42,861 nt of DNA from Haliangiales bacterium (GTDB taxonomy: Bacteria > Myxococcota_A > Polyangia > Haliangiales > Haliangiaceae), in assembly GCA_038203335.1 (NCBI GenBank), contig JBBRED010000025.1:1-42861 (forward strand), given 5' to 3'. This document shows positions 25,634 through 35,504 of this stretch, piece after piece. Below the pieces are notes generated by a model. The model had not been told where the DNA came from. It was given only the letters and a program-made list of their open reading frames with translations, and did not search any database. Made by a program: the position numbers and the translations under genes. Positions within the stretch are counted from its first letter, which is position 1. The number at the start of each line of letters is the position of its first letter.

Positions 25634-26874
25634 CGGCCTGCCCGAACGAGCTCGAGCTCGCGCGCGCCGTGACCGACGGTGCGAGCACCGAGCTGACCGC
25701 GCACCTCGCGACCTGCGCCGCGTGCACGGCGACGTGGACCGAGACCGCGCGCGTGATCGATCTGGCGCGCGGGTTACGCGTGACGATGCCGAGCGCCGAG
25801 CGCCGCGAGGAGCTGCGCACGCACATCCTGGCCGCCGCCGAGCTGGTGCCGACGGCCGTCGCGTCGCCGCGCCGATCGCCAAGCGCCTGGTGGATCGCGG
25901 GTGGTGCGCTGCTCGCCGCGGCCGCGGCCGTGGTGATCGTGGTGGGCGCACCGGCGAAGGTCCACGCGCACGGGACGATCAGCGGTCACGCCGGTGCGCG
26001 GTTCGCGACCACCACGGAGGCGCCCGACGAGATGGTGATGCTCCACGACGGCGTGATCGACGTCGAGGTCTCGCCGCTCCACCCGGGTGAACGATTCCGC
26101 GTGATCACCGCGGACACCGAGATCGAGGTGCGCGGCACCGCGTTCGAGGTCACGGCGGTGCTCGGGCACGTCACGAACGTCACCGTCCGGCACGGTCGCG
26201 TCGAGGTTCGTCCCCATGGCGCCGCGACGGTGATGCTCGGCGCGGGCGAGGCGTGGACCTCACCGCTGCGAACGGCGCAGGTCGTTCCGGTTGACGTCGT
26301 GCCGGCACCCCTCGAGGAGGTGGCGGATGTCTCGTCGGGGGGCGGTGCCGTGTCGCCATCGGTCGTCGCATCGCCGGATCGCGCGCCGGCGCGCCGGGCG
26401 GTCGTGCGCCGAGGCCCCGAGCGCGGCCTCGCTCCGCCCGCGCAGCTCGCCGCCAGCGCGGCCCCGGCGCCGAGCGTGCAGCCGCGGCCGGCGCACGCGA
26501 TCGCCTACGACGAGGCGTGGGACGCGATGCGCGCGGGCAACTTCGAGCGCGCGGCGGCCGTGTTCGCCCGCGTCGCGATCCTCGATCCCGATGGCGCGCT
26601 CGCCGAGGACGCGAGCTACTGGTATCCAGTCGCGCTCGCGCGCGCGAAGCGCTCCGAGGCGATGTCCGCGTTCCGCGAGTTCCTCGATCGCTACCCGCGC
26701 TCTGCGCACGCGCACGAGGCGAGCGCGATGCTGGGCTGGCTGCTCGTCGACGCGAAGCAGACCGTCGAGGCCGAGGCCCGGTTCCGCGCCGCGCTCGACG
26801 ATCCGAGCGCACAGGTCTCGGGCAGCGCGCGCGCCGGGCTCGCCGCGCTCGGCGTCAGCCGCCGCACGCCGTGA
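25630..26874 (+). CDS. Anti-sigma factor: zf-HC2 zinc-finger, TM helix, FecR domain, C-terminal TPR-like domain
   Basis: The ATG at 25630 overlaps the sigma stop (ATGA). HLATCAACTATW is the zf-HC2 anti-sigma motif. A TM helix (WWIAGGALLAAAAAVVIVVG) is followed by a FecR-like segment (FRVITADTEIEVRGTAFEV) and a helical repeat C-terminus. Confidence 0.8.
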   Translation: MTACPNELELARAVTDGASTELTAHLATCAACTATWTETARVIDLARGLRVTMPSAERREELRTHILAAAELVPTAVASPRRSPSAWWIAGGALLAAAAAVVIVVGAPAKVHAHGTISGHAGARFATTTEAPDEMVMLHDGVIDVEVSPLHPGERFRVITADTEIEVRGTAFEVTAVLGHVTNVTVRHGRVEVRPHGAATVMLGAGEAWTSPLRTAQVVPVDVVPAPLEEVADVSSGGGAVSPSVVASPDRAPARRAVVRRGPERGLAPPAQLAASAAPAPSVQPRPAHAIAYDEAWDAMRAGNFERAAAVFARVAILDPDGALAEDASYWYPVALARAKRSEAMSAFREFLDRYPRSAHAHEASAMLGWLLVDAKQTVEAEARFRAALDDPSAQVSGSARAGLAALGVSRRTP

Positions 26875-28795
26875 GCAGCGCACTGACGATGCCACCGGGC
26901 GCGCTCGTCGCGAAGTAGGCGACGTCCGCGACGATCACGAGCTTGCCGCGCGCGCGGCTGATGCTGACGTTCAACAGATTCGGCTCGGCGGCGAGCAGCG
27001 AGCTCTGCCGCATCGGCGCGGCGTCGACAAGATCGATGAGGACGACGTCGCACTCGCGGCCCTGGAAGCGATGGATGGTGCTGCACTCGACGACGTCGCT
27101 GATCTTGCGCACCGCGAGCAGCCGGCGGATCTCCGCCGCGTGTGCGGCATACGGCGTGATCACGGCGATCGAGGTGGCACCGCCGCGCACGGCCTCGAGC
27201 GCGAGGTCCGCCGTGATCTCCGCGGACGCGGGGTTGATCCGCGACGAGCCCTTCGCGGAGCGCTCGCACGTGGTGTGCCCCGCGGTGTCGACCACGACGA
27301 CCGGCCGGCCGGGGAACGGGGCCCGCTCCGCGATCGCAGCGGTCGCCGCCGGATCGGCGGCGTGGGCGAGTCGCCCGGCGTAGAACAGCGCGCTGACCAG
27401 CGCGCCGATCGCGGGGTGCATGCGGTACTGGATGCCGAGCATCGCGACCACCTCGGAGCGCTCGGGCTCCGGCACGGTGACGTCGAAAATGTTGCGGCCG
27501 ATCGCGCGGCGCACGAGCTCGTCGTCAGACTGCACGATCGGAGGAAGCTGCCTCGGGTCGCCGACCACGATCACGCGCTGCCGGCACAGACACGCGGCGT
27601 AGAACAGCGGCGGCAGCGTGGCCATGCCGGCCTCCTCGGCGATCAGCACATCGAACCGCTGGTCGGTCATCAGCGGCGACAGATACGCGTTCGTCAGCGT
27701 GCAGATCACGACGCGCGCCTCGCGCACGATCCGGCCCTCGAGATCTCGATCGGCCGCGGCGTGCGCCGCGATCCGCTCCTTCGCGAGCACGCGCACCCGA
27801 TCCAGGCGAGCGGCCCGCAACGCGAGTAGCTTCACCTGCTCGCGCGCGGGCAGGGCCGCGATGACGTTCGCGAGGCCCGGCGAGAACACGCGCGAGAGCG
27901 CCGGAGCGCGCAGCGCCGAGGGTCCCGAGGCGAACAGCGATTGCTGCGCCGCTGTCACGACGGTCAGCTCCTCGGCGAGCGCGCGCGCGGTGCTCGCCGC
28001 CAGCGCGACCTCGCCCACGCGCTTGCGCAGGCGATCGACCGCCGCGCGATAGCGGCCGTGCCGGCGATCCACGATCTCGCCGAGCTGGGTGCCGAACGTC
28101 TCCGTCTCGCTCGTGCCGAGGCGGATGATCGTGCCGGGCTGAAACCACGCGCGCGTGGCGAGCTTCGCGATCACCTGATCGATCGCGGCGTTCGTGGTGG
28201 AGGCGAGGAGGATCCGCTTGCCCTGCGTCACCAGCTCCTCGACCACGTTCGCGAGCGTCATCGTCTTGCCCGTGCCGGGAGGGCCCCACACGAACGCGAG
28301 ATCGCTATCGCTGCACAGCTGGACCGCCGCGCGCTGGCTCGGATCGAGCGCGGCGTGGTCGCAGACGAGGGGCGTCGGGGTTCGGGAGGGTGGCGACTTG
28401 CCGAACAGCATCAGCGCGCGGTCGATGCTGTGCTCCGCGCCGATGCCATCGAGCGCCTCGACCAGCCGCTCGTAGAGAAACCACGGTGCGAGCACGAGCG
28501 CGATCGGTGACGCCGTGGGATCCACCGGCTGCATGGCGGCGAGGGTGAGCTGCTTGTCGTCGATCCGCTCGATCGTCACGCGGTGGTCGCCGCGCGCCGT
28601 ACGCAGGGTGCCGGTGGCGCCGAGCGTGACCCGGTCGGTCGGCGCCGTGGTCTCGAACCGGTAGCGCAGGCCGCCGAGCTCCTCGCCGCGCGACAGGGCG
28701 ACCTCGAACGTGGCCGACGATGCCTGCATCGCCGCGACCTCGCCCTCGATGCCCCGCTTGAACGCGGCAACGAACCGGGCGTGCAGCTCCGACAT
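26855..28795 (-). CDS. Superfamily-1 helicase of the Upf1/DNA2-like family (AAA_11/AAA_12 type) with an uncharacterised roughly 150-aa N-terminal domain
   Basis: 646 aa. Walker A (motif I) VWGPPGTGKT, motif II VLIAEEAGMA (DExx-like), VIVVGDPRQLPP (motif III), QYRMHPAIGALVSALFY (motif IV of Upf1-like helicases), and a C-terminal motif cluster of STIHRFQGRECDVVL plus NLLNVSISRARGKLVIV (motifs V/VI). Confidence 0.85.
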   Translation of the reverse strand: MSELHARFVAAFKRGIEGEVAAMQASSATFEVALSRGEELGGLRYRFETTAPTDRVTLGATGTLRTARGDHRVTIERIDDKQLTLAAMQPVDPTASPIALVLAPWFLYERLVEALDGIGAEHSIDRALMLFGKSPPSRTPTPLVCDHAALDPSQRAAVQLCSDSDLAFVWGPPGTGKTMTLANVVEELVTQGKRILLASTTNAAIDQVIAKLATRAWFQPGTIIRLGTSETETFGTQLGEIVDRRHGRYRAAVDRLRKRVGEVALAASTARALAEELTVVTAAQQSLFASGPSALRAPALSRVFSPGLANVIAALPAREQVKLLALRAARLDRVRVLAKERIAAHAAADRDLEGRIVREARVVICTLTNAYLSPLMTDQRFDVLIAEEAGMATLPPLFYAACLCRQRVIVVGDPRQLPPIVQSDDELVRRAIGRNIFDVTVPEPERSEVVAMLGIQYRMHPAIGALVSALFYAGRLAHAADPAATAAIAERAPFPGRPVVVVDTAGHTTCERSAKGSSRINPASAEITADLALEAVRGGATSIAVITPYAAHAAEIRRLLAVRKISDVVECSTIHRFQGRECDVVLIDLVDAAPMRQSSLLAAEPNLLNVSISRARGKLVIVADVAYFATSAPGGIVSALLTACGG

Positions 28796-28863
28796 GGAAA
28801 ATCTCGCCGAGGGTAGATCGGATCGCTGCGGCGCGCCTGCGCAGTTCCGTAGAATGCCGCCGG

Positions 28864-31800
28864 TCAGGCGACCGTTCGCGGAGTTCGTACGCGAGGCGCC
28901 AGGAGGCTGGCCAGGCCCGGGATCACGACGAGGGTGACCAGCGTGGCGAGCACGAGACCACCGATCACGGTGATCGCGAGCGGGCGCTGGAGCTCGGCGC
29001 CCGCGCCGATGCCGATCGCGAGCGGCGCGAGGCCGGCGAGCGTGGCGATCGTGGTCATCAGGATCGGGCGGATGCGGCGGCGCGCGGCGGCGATGATCGC
29101 GGCCTCGAGCGCGGCGCCGGCGGCCTGCTCGTGCTGGACCTGCTCGAGAAGCAGGATGCCGTTCTTGACCACGAGCCCGACCAGCAGCACGAGCCCGGTC
29201 ATCGACGAGATGTCGAGCGGGGTGTGCGTGATCGCGAGCGCGAGCAGGCCGCCCGCGGTGGAGAGCGGTGCGCCGACCAGGACCACGATCGCGAATCGTA
29301 GCGAGCGGAGCTGGACGAGCAGCACGAGCAGCACCAGGGCGAGCGCGGCGAGCGCCACGAACACGAGCTCGGATCGCGCGGCCGCGCTCGAGGCCGCCTG
29401 GCCACCGATCTCGACCTGCGCGCCCTTCGGCGGTGGGACTTCGCGAAGAGTCTCGCGCACCGCGGCCTCGGCGGCGCCGAGGTCTCCGCCCGGTGTGCTC
29501 GCGGTCATCACGAGCGCCGAACGCAGGCCATCGCGGTGGAGCACGCTCGGTGCGAGCGGACGATCGAACGTCACCACCTGATCGAGCGAGAGCGAGCGCG
29601 GTCCGTACGCGATCGGCGAGCGGGCGAGGGCGGGCTGCGAGTAGCGGATCGCGTCGGGGTAGCGCAGTCGCACACCGACCACCCGGGCGGGCAACAGGAT
29701 CTCGGCGACCGTGCGGCCCTCGGCGGCGATCCCGAGGTCACCGCCCACGGTGGCGGCATCGAGACCGAGGCGCGCGAGCTGGATCGGCTCGATGCGCGCG
29801 CGCAGGATCGGGATCGAGCCCTCGCGACCGTCGAAGAAATCGACCAGCTCGTCGCGCTTCTCGAGCTTCTCTCCGACCTGTTCCGCCCACGCTTCGAGCG
29901 CGGCTGGATCGTCCCCGAGCACGCGGATCTCGATCGGCTCCGGGTTGCCGGCGAGGTCGGCGAGGACGTCCTGCAGCACCTGGACGTACTCGAACCGCGC
30001 CTCGGGGACCTCCCCCTCGAGCGCGCCTCGCACCTGATCGATGACGTCCTCCACGCTACCGCGCTCCCCGCGCGGAACCAGCCGGACCATGATGTCGCCC
30101 TCGTTCTGCAGCGTCGCGACGGCGGGGCCGAGCTCGGTGCCCGTGCGCCGGGTGAACGTGACGACCTCCGGAATGGCGTGGAGCGCGGCGTCGATCCGCG
30201 TGCCGATCGCATCGGTCTCCTCCAGCGACGTGCCGGGCGGCATCTTGAAGTCGATCACGAACGCGCCCTCGTCGAGCGCGGGCAGGAAGCCGGTGGCGAG
30301 GCCGCGCTGCGCCGCATACCCCACGGCGAGCAGAAGGGCGATCACGGCGAGCGAGATCAGGCGGTGCCGGATCAACCAGGTGATCATCGCGCCCGTGCGA
30401 TCCTTGCCGGCCGCGCGCGGTTTCGGCGTGCCGAGCCAGCGCGCGAGGATCGGGATCATCGCGAACGCCGTCAGCATCGACAGCGCGACCGCGATCACCA
30501 GCGTGACCGCGAACGCGCCGAGGAACTTGCCGGTCATGCCGGAGAGGGTGGCGAGCGGCGCGAACACCACGATCGTGGTCAGCGTGGTGCCCACCACGGC
30601 GGCGAACATGTCGGTGAAGCCGCGCTCGATCGCCTGGTCCCGCGGCAGGCCCTCCTCGATGCGCGCCACGATGCCATCGGTCACCACGATCGCGTCGTCG
30701 ACGACGAGGCCGATCGCGATCGCGAGACCGCCGAGCGACATCAGATTGAGCGTGATGCCGAACCAGCGCATCACCGCGAACGTGCCGAGGAGCGTGATCG
30801 GCACGGGCAGGGCAGCGATCAGGCCGGCGCGCAGATCGCGCAACGCGAACGCGATCACGATCAGCGACAGCGCGATCCCGATCAGGATCGCATCGCGCAC
30901 GCTGGCGAGCGATTCGTCGACGAGCTGGGCCTGGTCGTAGACCGGCGAGAGCAGCACGTCGGGCGGCAGTGCGTGCGAGCTGCGCAGCGCCGCGGCCTGG
31001 GCTTCGATCGCGGCCACGACGTCGGGCGTGCTCGCGCCGGGGAGCCGGGCGACCGAGATCGCGACCGCCTCGCCGCTGGGTCCGCGCACGAGGACATCCG
31101 GATCCTGGGCGCCTTCGACGATCTGGGCCACCGTGCCGAGTGCGATCGGGCCGGTCGGGCCGTTCGCGATCGGGAGCCTACGCAGCGCATCGAGATCAGG
31201 AGCCTGCGCATCGAGGACGATCGGCAGGGACTGGTGCTGGTCGAACACGTGGCCCGCGGCGATCCGCTGATCCGCCTGCTCGAGCGTTGCGGCGAGCTGC
31301 GACGGGGTGATGTGGAGCGCGGCGAGCTGTACGGGATCGATCAGGATCTCGACCTCGCGCACGCGGCCACCCTGCAGCTCGATGCCGCCGACACCGGGGA
31401 CGCGGACGAAGGCGGGCCGTACGATGCGCTCGGCGATATCGCGCAGCCGCCGCGGATCCACGTCGTGTCCGGCGAGCTCGAACGTGATCACGGGGACGGC
31501 GGTCGGAAGCACGCGCTCGACGAGGGTCGTCGTTCCGCGCGGCAGCTCCACGTGATCGATCGCCGCGCGGCACGCGTACTGCGCCTCGAGCGGATCTGCG
31601 TCGTCGGTGAGCTGGAGCGAGAGCTCGGAGGCACCGCGGATGGTCTTCGCGCGGATGTGGCGAACCCCGGGCACCACCGCGAGCGCCTCCTCGAGTGGGC
31701 GCGTCACCTGGGCCTCCACGAGGTCGGGCGAGAGCTGCCCGATATGCGCGACCACCATCACGCGCGGGAACGACATCTCCGGGTAGATGCCGCTCGGCAA

Positions 31801-31890
31801 GAGCGCGATCGCGCGGGCGCCGGCGATCGAGAGCCCGAGCATGGCGAGCCAGATCACCGCCGCGTTCGCGCGCAGCCAGCGGACGATCAC
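28864..31890 (-). CDS. RND efflux pump inner-membrane transporter, heavy-metal-efflux (CusA/CzcA-like) family
   Basis: 1008 aa, 12 TM helices with two large periplasmic loops. The N-terminus MIVRWLRANAAVIWLAMLGLSIAG...EMSFPRVMVVAHIGQLSPDLVEAQVTRPLEEAL resembles CusA/CzcA. Confidence 0.9.
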   Translation of the reverse strand: MIVRWLRANAAVIWLAMLGLSIAGARAIALLPSGIYPEMSFPRVMVVAHIGQLSPDLVEAQVTRPLEEALAVVPGVRHIRAKTIRGASELSLQLTDDADPLEAQYACRAAIDHVELPRGTTTLVERVLPTAVPVITFELAGHDVDPRRLRDIAERIVRPAFVRVPGVGGIELQGGRVREVEILIDPVQLAALHITPSQLAATLEQADQRIAAGHVFDQHQSLPIVLDAQAPDLDALRRLPIANGPTGPIALGTVAQIVEGAQDPDVLVRGPSGEAVAISVARLPGASTPDVVAAIEAQAAALRSSHALPPDVLLSPVYDQAQLVDESLASVRDAILIGIALSLIVIAFALRDLRAGLIAALPVPITLLGTFAVMRWFGITLNLMSLGGLAIAIGLVVDDAIVVTDGIVARIEEGLPRDQAIERGFTDMFAAVVGTTLTTIVVFAPLATLSGMTGKFLGAFAVTLVIAVALSMLTAFAMIPILARWLGTPKPRAAGKDRTGAMITWLIRHRLISLAVIALLLAVGYAAQRGLATGFLPALDEGAFVIDFKMPPGTSLEETDAIGTRIDAALHAIPEVVTFTRRTGTELGPAVATLQNEGDIMVRLVPRGERGSVEDVIDQVRGALEGEVPEARFEYVQVLQDVLADLAGNPEPIEIRVLGDDPAALEAWAEQVGEKLEKRDELVDFFDGREGSIPILRARIEPIQLARLGLDAATVGGDLGIAAEGRTVAEILLPARVVGVRLRYPDAIRYSQPALARSPIAYGPRSLSLDQVVTFDRPLAPSVLHRDGLRSALVMTASTPGGDLGAAEAAVRETLREVPPPKGAQVEIGGQAASSAAARSELVFVALAALALVLLVLLVQLRSLRFAIVVLVGAPLSTAGGLLALAITHTPLDISSMTGLVLLVGLVVKNGILLLEQVQHEQAAGAALEAAIIAAARRRIRPILMTTIATLAGLAPLAIGIGAGAELQRPLAITVIGGLVLATLVTLVVIPGLASLLAPRVRTPRTVA

Positions 31891-32969
31891 GGTGCCTTTC
31901 GGGCCGCTGTCTTGCTGGTCAGATGCTGCCCGTCCTCGAGGCCGAGGACGTGATCGATCACCACCTGGTCACCGGCGACCAGGCCGCTCGTGATCTCCAC
32001 GCCCGTCGCCGCGCGCTGGCCCACGGTGACCACCACCGCCTTCGCGACGTCGCCCTTGCACGTCACCACCTCGTCGGTCCCGAGCTGCGAGCGGCGCAGC
32101 GCCTCGGGCGGCACGATCAGCCCGGGATGGGTGGACACCACGATCCGGGCCGAGGCGGCGCTGCCGACGGGAATCGCCGTGCCGGGTGCGAGCTGCACGC
32201 GGACCGTGCCGAGCAGCGTGGTGGGATCCACGGCCGGTGCCACGCGCGCCACGGTGGCGGCGACGGGGGCGGGGATCCCGATCACGGTCACGGTGGCGGC
32301 GAGTCCATCCTTCAGCTTGACCAGCGCCCCCGGCGAGACCTGCGCGCGGACCTCGAGCACGGTGACATCCGCGATCTCCACGACGGGGTTCGCGGTGGTG
32401 CCATCCACGCTCTCGCCGGCGCGCTTCCACACGTGCAGCACGATGCCCGCGTGTGGTGCGCGGAGGTCGCGGCGCGCGTTCTGCCGAGCGGCCAACCCCG
32501 AGCGCGCGTTCGCGACCGCCAGATCCGCGGTCGCGGCCGCGGCCTTCGCCCTCGCGTCGTCGAGATCGCGCTTCGCGCCGATCCCGGTCTCGACCAGCCG
32601 CTGCTGGCGCGCGAGCTCGAGGCGCGCGGCCTCGTTCGCCGCCTGCGCCGACGTGACCTGCGCTCTCGCCTCGAGGCTACCGGCCGGCAACGCCGGATCC
32701 TCGATGGTCGCGAGCAGCTGACCCGCCGCGACGTGGTCACCCTCCTCGACGGTGACCTGCGCGAGCCGGCCCGCGACCGGCGAGCTGATCACCGCATCGA
32801 GCTTCGGCGGCGCCGCGATCACGCCGTCGACCTCCACGATCTCGTCGACCGGGGTCTGCGCGACCGCCGCGCAGGTCACGGCCGCCGGCGGAAGCGCCTC
32901 GGACTCCTCGGGATCGGTCGGTGCGCTCTTGCACGCGACCAGGACGAGCATCGCAAGGCTAGCGCGCAC
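31887..32969 (-). CDS. RND efflux periplasmic adaptor (membrane fusion protein), lipoprotein
   Basis: The real start is GTG 32969 (or ATG 32951), giving the lipoprotein signal RASLAMLVLVACKS; the upstream part of track ORF 31887-33326 is junk. Lipoyl-like and beta-barrel adaptor motifs are present (VSSPVAGRLAQVTVEEGDHVAAGQLLATIED, LRAPHAGIV). The stop overlaps the RND start (ATGA). Confidence 0.8.
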   Translation of the reverse strand: MRASLAMLVLVACKSAPTDPEESEALPPAAVTCAAVAQTPVDEIVEVDGVIAAPPKLDAVISSPVAGRLAQVTVEEGDHVAAGQLLATIEDPALPAGSLEARAQVTSAQAANEAARLELARQQRLVETGIGAKRDLDDARAKAAAATADLAVANARSGLAARQNARRDLRAPHAGIVLHVWKRAGESVDGTTANPVVEIADVTVLEVRAQVSPGALVKLKDGLAATVTVIGIPAPVAATVARVAPAVDPTTLLGTVRVQLAPGTAIPVGSAASARIVVSTHPGLIVPPEALRRSQLGTDEVVTCKGDVAKAVVVTVGQRAATGVEITSGLVAGDQVVIDHVLGLEDGQHLTSKTAARKAP

Positions 32970-34152
32970 CGGGCTCACCTCCCGCCGCGAGCTCGAGCTC
33001 GATCCACGCGGTCGCGGCGGCGATCTTCGCGTCCGCGATCTCCGTCCGCACCGCGGCGCGGTCTCGCTCGGCCTGCAGCGCGCTCGCGAGATCGCGCGCG
33101 CCTTCGCGGTACGCCTGCGCCGCGAGCGTGGTCGCCCGATCCTGCACGGGCAGCACGTCGCGCTCGAGCACGGTCCTCCGCTCGGTGGCGGACTGCCAGC
33201 GCCGGAATGCGGCGACCAGATCACCCGCGAGCTGCGCATCGCCGGCGGCGAGCCGCGCGCGCTCGGCCGTGGTCTGCGCCTCCGCCGCGCGCACGTGATC
33301 GCCGGCGTGCGAGAACAGCGGCACATCGAGGGCGAGCGCCACCATCACGTCGGTGCCGGGCTGCGTGGGATCGAACCACGAGCCCTGTACCTCGACGGCG
33401 AGCCCGGGACGGCGCAGCACGCGCGCCGCGCCGCTGGCCGCCTCCGCTTCCGCGATCCGCGAGAGCGCGATCACGCGATCCGGATGCGCTGCGAGCGAGG
33501 CGCGCAGGTCCGCGAGCGCGGCGGTGCCTCCCGGCAGCGGACCGGCGGAGCGCAACGACCGCATCGGATCGCCGCCGAGGAGACCGGCGAGCTGCGCCGC
33601 GGCCGCATCCTCCTCGTGGCCGGCGGTCGCGACCGCGAGATCGGCCCGGATCCGCGCGGCGTGCGCGGCGGTGACATCGACATCGGCACCGGCGCCCGCG
33701 TCGAGCCGACCCTTCGCGATCATCTCCAGCTCCGCCGCCTGCTGCGCCGCGATGATCAGCGCGGCCTCGTCCGCATCGGCCCTCGCGAGCGCGAGCCACG
33801 CGAGGACGATCTGATGCCGGAGCTCGCGCTGCGCCGCGGCGCCCTCCGCGCGCACCGTGGTCGCGCGCGCGGATGCCTCGCGCCGCGCCGCGCCGATGGT
33901 GCCGAGGATCGGCAGCGGGATGGCCACGCCGGCGACCAGGCGCGCGGTCAGCCGGTTGCTCTCGACGCGGACCGTGGGCGACGGCCAGGCCCCGGCCGCG
34001 GCGATCCGCGCCTCCGCACTCGCGGTCTCCGCCGCGGCGATCGGCATCGCCGGGGCGCGGGTCCCGGCCGCGAGCGCCTGGGCAAGCGTGATGTCCTCCG
34101 CCTGCGCTGCCGTGGCGAGCCATGCGACGAGGAGGAGAGGTTTGCCGATCAC
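32959..34152 (-). CDS. Outer-membrane efflux protein (TolC/CusC/CzcC family)
   Basis: Probable GTG start at 34152 overlapping the kinase stop (GTGA), followed by the signal-like PLLLVAWLATAAQA. Alanine-rich alpha-helical repeats are typical of outer-membrane factors. The stop overlaps the adaptor start. The start is uncertain; the track ATG at 34233 is the alternative. Confidence 0.7.
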   Translation of the reverse strand: MIGKPLLLVAWLATAAQAEDITLAQALAAGTRAPAMPIAAAETASAEARIAAAGAWPSPTVRVESNRLTARLVAGVAIPLPILGTIGAARREASARATTVRAEGAAAQRELRHQIVLAWLALARADADEAALIIAAQQAAELEMIAKGRLDAGAGADVDVTAAHAARIRADLAVATAGHEEDAAAAQLAGLLGGDPMRSLRSAGPLPGGTAALADLRASLAAHPDRVIALSRIAEAEAASGAARVLRRPGLAVEVQGSWFDPTQPGTDVMVALALDVPLFSHAGDHVRAAEAQTTAERARLAAGDAQLAGDLVAAFRRWQSATERRTVLERDVLPVQDRATTLAAQAYREGARDLASALQAERDRAAVRTEIADAKIAAATAWIELELAAGGEPGAR

Positions 34153-35504
34153 AGGGTCACCACAGCGACGAAGCTTCCCTGGTCTACCCGCGCGGTGATC
34201 GTACCGCCCAGCGATCTCACGAGCTTCTTGCACAGGGCGAGGCCGAGACCGGCGTGCATGCCGCCGCTGCGCGCCGTGTCGCCCCGCCAGAACCGATCGA
34301 ACACGTGCTCGATGTCGGCGGGCGTCAGCGCACAGCCCGTGTTCGAGACCGTGAGCGTTCCGAGGCCGAGCTCGATGCGGATCGTCCCGCCGCTGTCGAC
34401 GTAGCTGACCGCGTTGTCGAGCAGGTTGTGGACCACGAGCTGCAGCCGGTCGCGATCGGTGGTGGCGGTGACCGCAGGGAGCGCGGTGACCAACGTGACG
34501 TTGCGCTCCACGGCGCGCACCGCGATGGTGGCAACCGACTCGCGCACCAGCTCGTCGAGATCGACCGAGACGGTGGCGACCGGCTCGGCGTTACCCGCAT
34601 CGAATCGCGCGATCGACAGCATGGTCTCGACGAGCCGCTCGGTCTGTCGCGTGATCGCGAGGCAGTCGGCGAGGGCGGCGCGGTACTTCTCGGGCGGGCG
34701 ATCGTCCTTCGACAGCGCGACCTCGAGCGTCGCGCGCAGGCCGGCGATCGGCGTGCGCAGCTCGTGCGCGATCTCGGCGGTTTGCTCGCGCTCGCGGTCG
34801 AATGCGGTCGCGAGTCGTCGCAGCAGCTCGTCGAGTCGCTCGATCACGGGGGTCAGCTCGCGGGGCGTGGTCGCCGCGGCGATGTTCACGGCGAGGTCGC
34901 CTTCCCGGAGGTCCGCGATCGCCGCGGCGAGCGAGCGCACCGGGGCCAGGCCGAATCGCACCACGCCCACGAGGATGGCGAGGCACAGCAACGTGCCGAA
35001 CACGCCGACGCCGATCAGCACGCCGCCGAGCCGGGTCATCGCGCTGTCGACCTCCGCCCTCGGTCGCGCGAGCACCAGCGTAACGGTCGATGGGGACCGG
35101 TCCGAGTGCTCCTCGGGCTCGCGGCGCGCGGGGAAGCGCCGCGTGATCTGCCGTCCGTCGCCGCCATCCGGGAGCTCGACGTCGCGGACCGCGCGCTCGC
35201 CCGCGTCGCGCACGAGATCGTGCGGGCCGAGGCTGGCCGAGCGCAGCAGCACGCGCTCGCCAGCCCACACCTCGACGTAGGCGACATCACCGGGCGTCCC
35301 GGCGGGATCGAGCTCGACCTCGATGCTCTCGCCGTCCTGTTCGACCCGCGCTTCGAGGGCTCCGGCGCGCGCGGCGAGCGCCTCGTCGAACTGTGCGTAC
35401 AGCGAGGATCGCGCGAGGATCAGTACGAGCACCCCGGCGATCGCGAACGCGAGGGCCACGCCGAGCGCCGTGCCGGCGAGCAGCCGCGCGCGGATCGATC
35501 TCAC
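34149..35504 (-). CDS. Two-component sensor histidine kinase (periplasmic sensor, HAMP, HisKA, HATPase_c)
   Basis: 451 aa. Two TM helices flank a periplasmic domain. The H-box EIAHELRTPIAGL is present, with N, G1 (DSGGTIRIEL) and G2 (GLGLALCKKLV) boxes. Confidence 0.85.
   Translation of the reverse strand: MRSIRARLLAGTALGVALAFAIAGVLVLILARSSLYAQFDEALAARAGALEARVEQDGESIEVELDPAGTPGDVAYVEVWAGERVLLRSASLGPHDLVRDAGERAVRDVELPDGGDGRQITRRFPARREPEEHSDRSPSTVTLVLARPRAEVDSAMTRLGGVLIGVGVFGTLLCLAILVGVVRFGLAPVRSLAAAIADLREGDLAVNIAAATTPRELTPVIERLDELLRRLATAFDREREQTAEIAHELRTPIAGLRATLEVALSKDDRPPEKYRAALADCLAITRQTERLVETMLSIARFDAGNAEPVATVSVDLDELVRESVATIAVRAVERNVTLVTALPAVTATTDRDRLQLVVHNLLDNAVSYVDSGGTIRIELGLGTLTVSNTGCALTPADIEHVFDRFWRGDTARSGGMHAGLGLALCKKLVRSLGGTITARVDQGSFVAVVTL

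Noticed and set aside
28820-28838. Near-palindrome CTGCGGCGCGCCTGCGCAG upstream of the helicase
   Set aside because: It is imperfect (two central mismatches). GC-rich palindromic cores like GGCGCGCC are common by chance here.
31695-33674. 659-aa plus-strand ORF and the 33221-34123 minus-strand ORF across the adaptor and outer-membrane-factor genes
   Set aside because: Arg/Pro/Ala-rich shadow frames.
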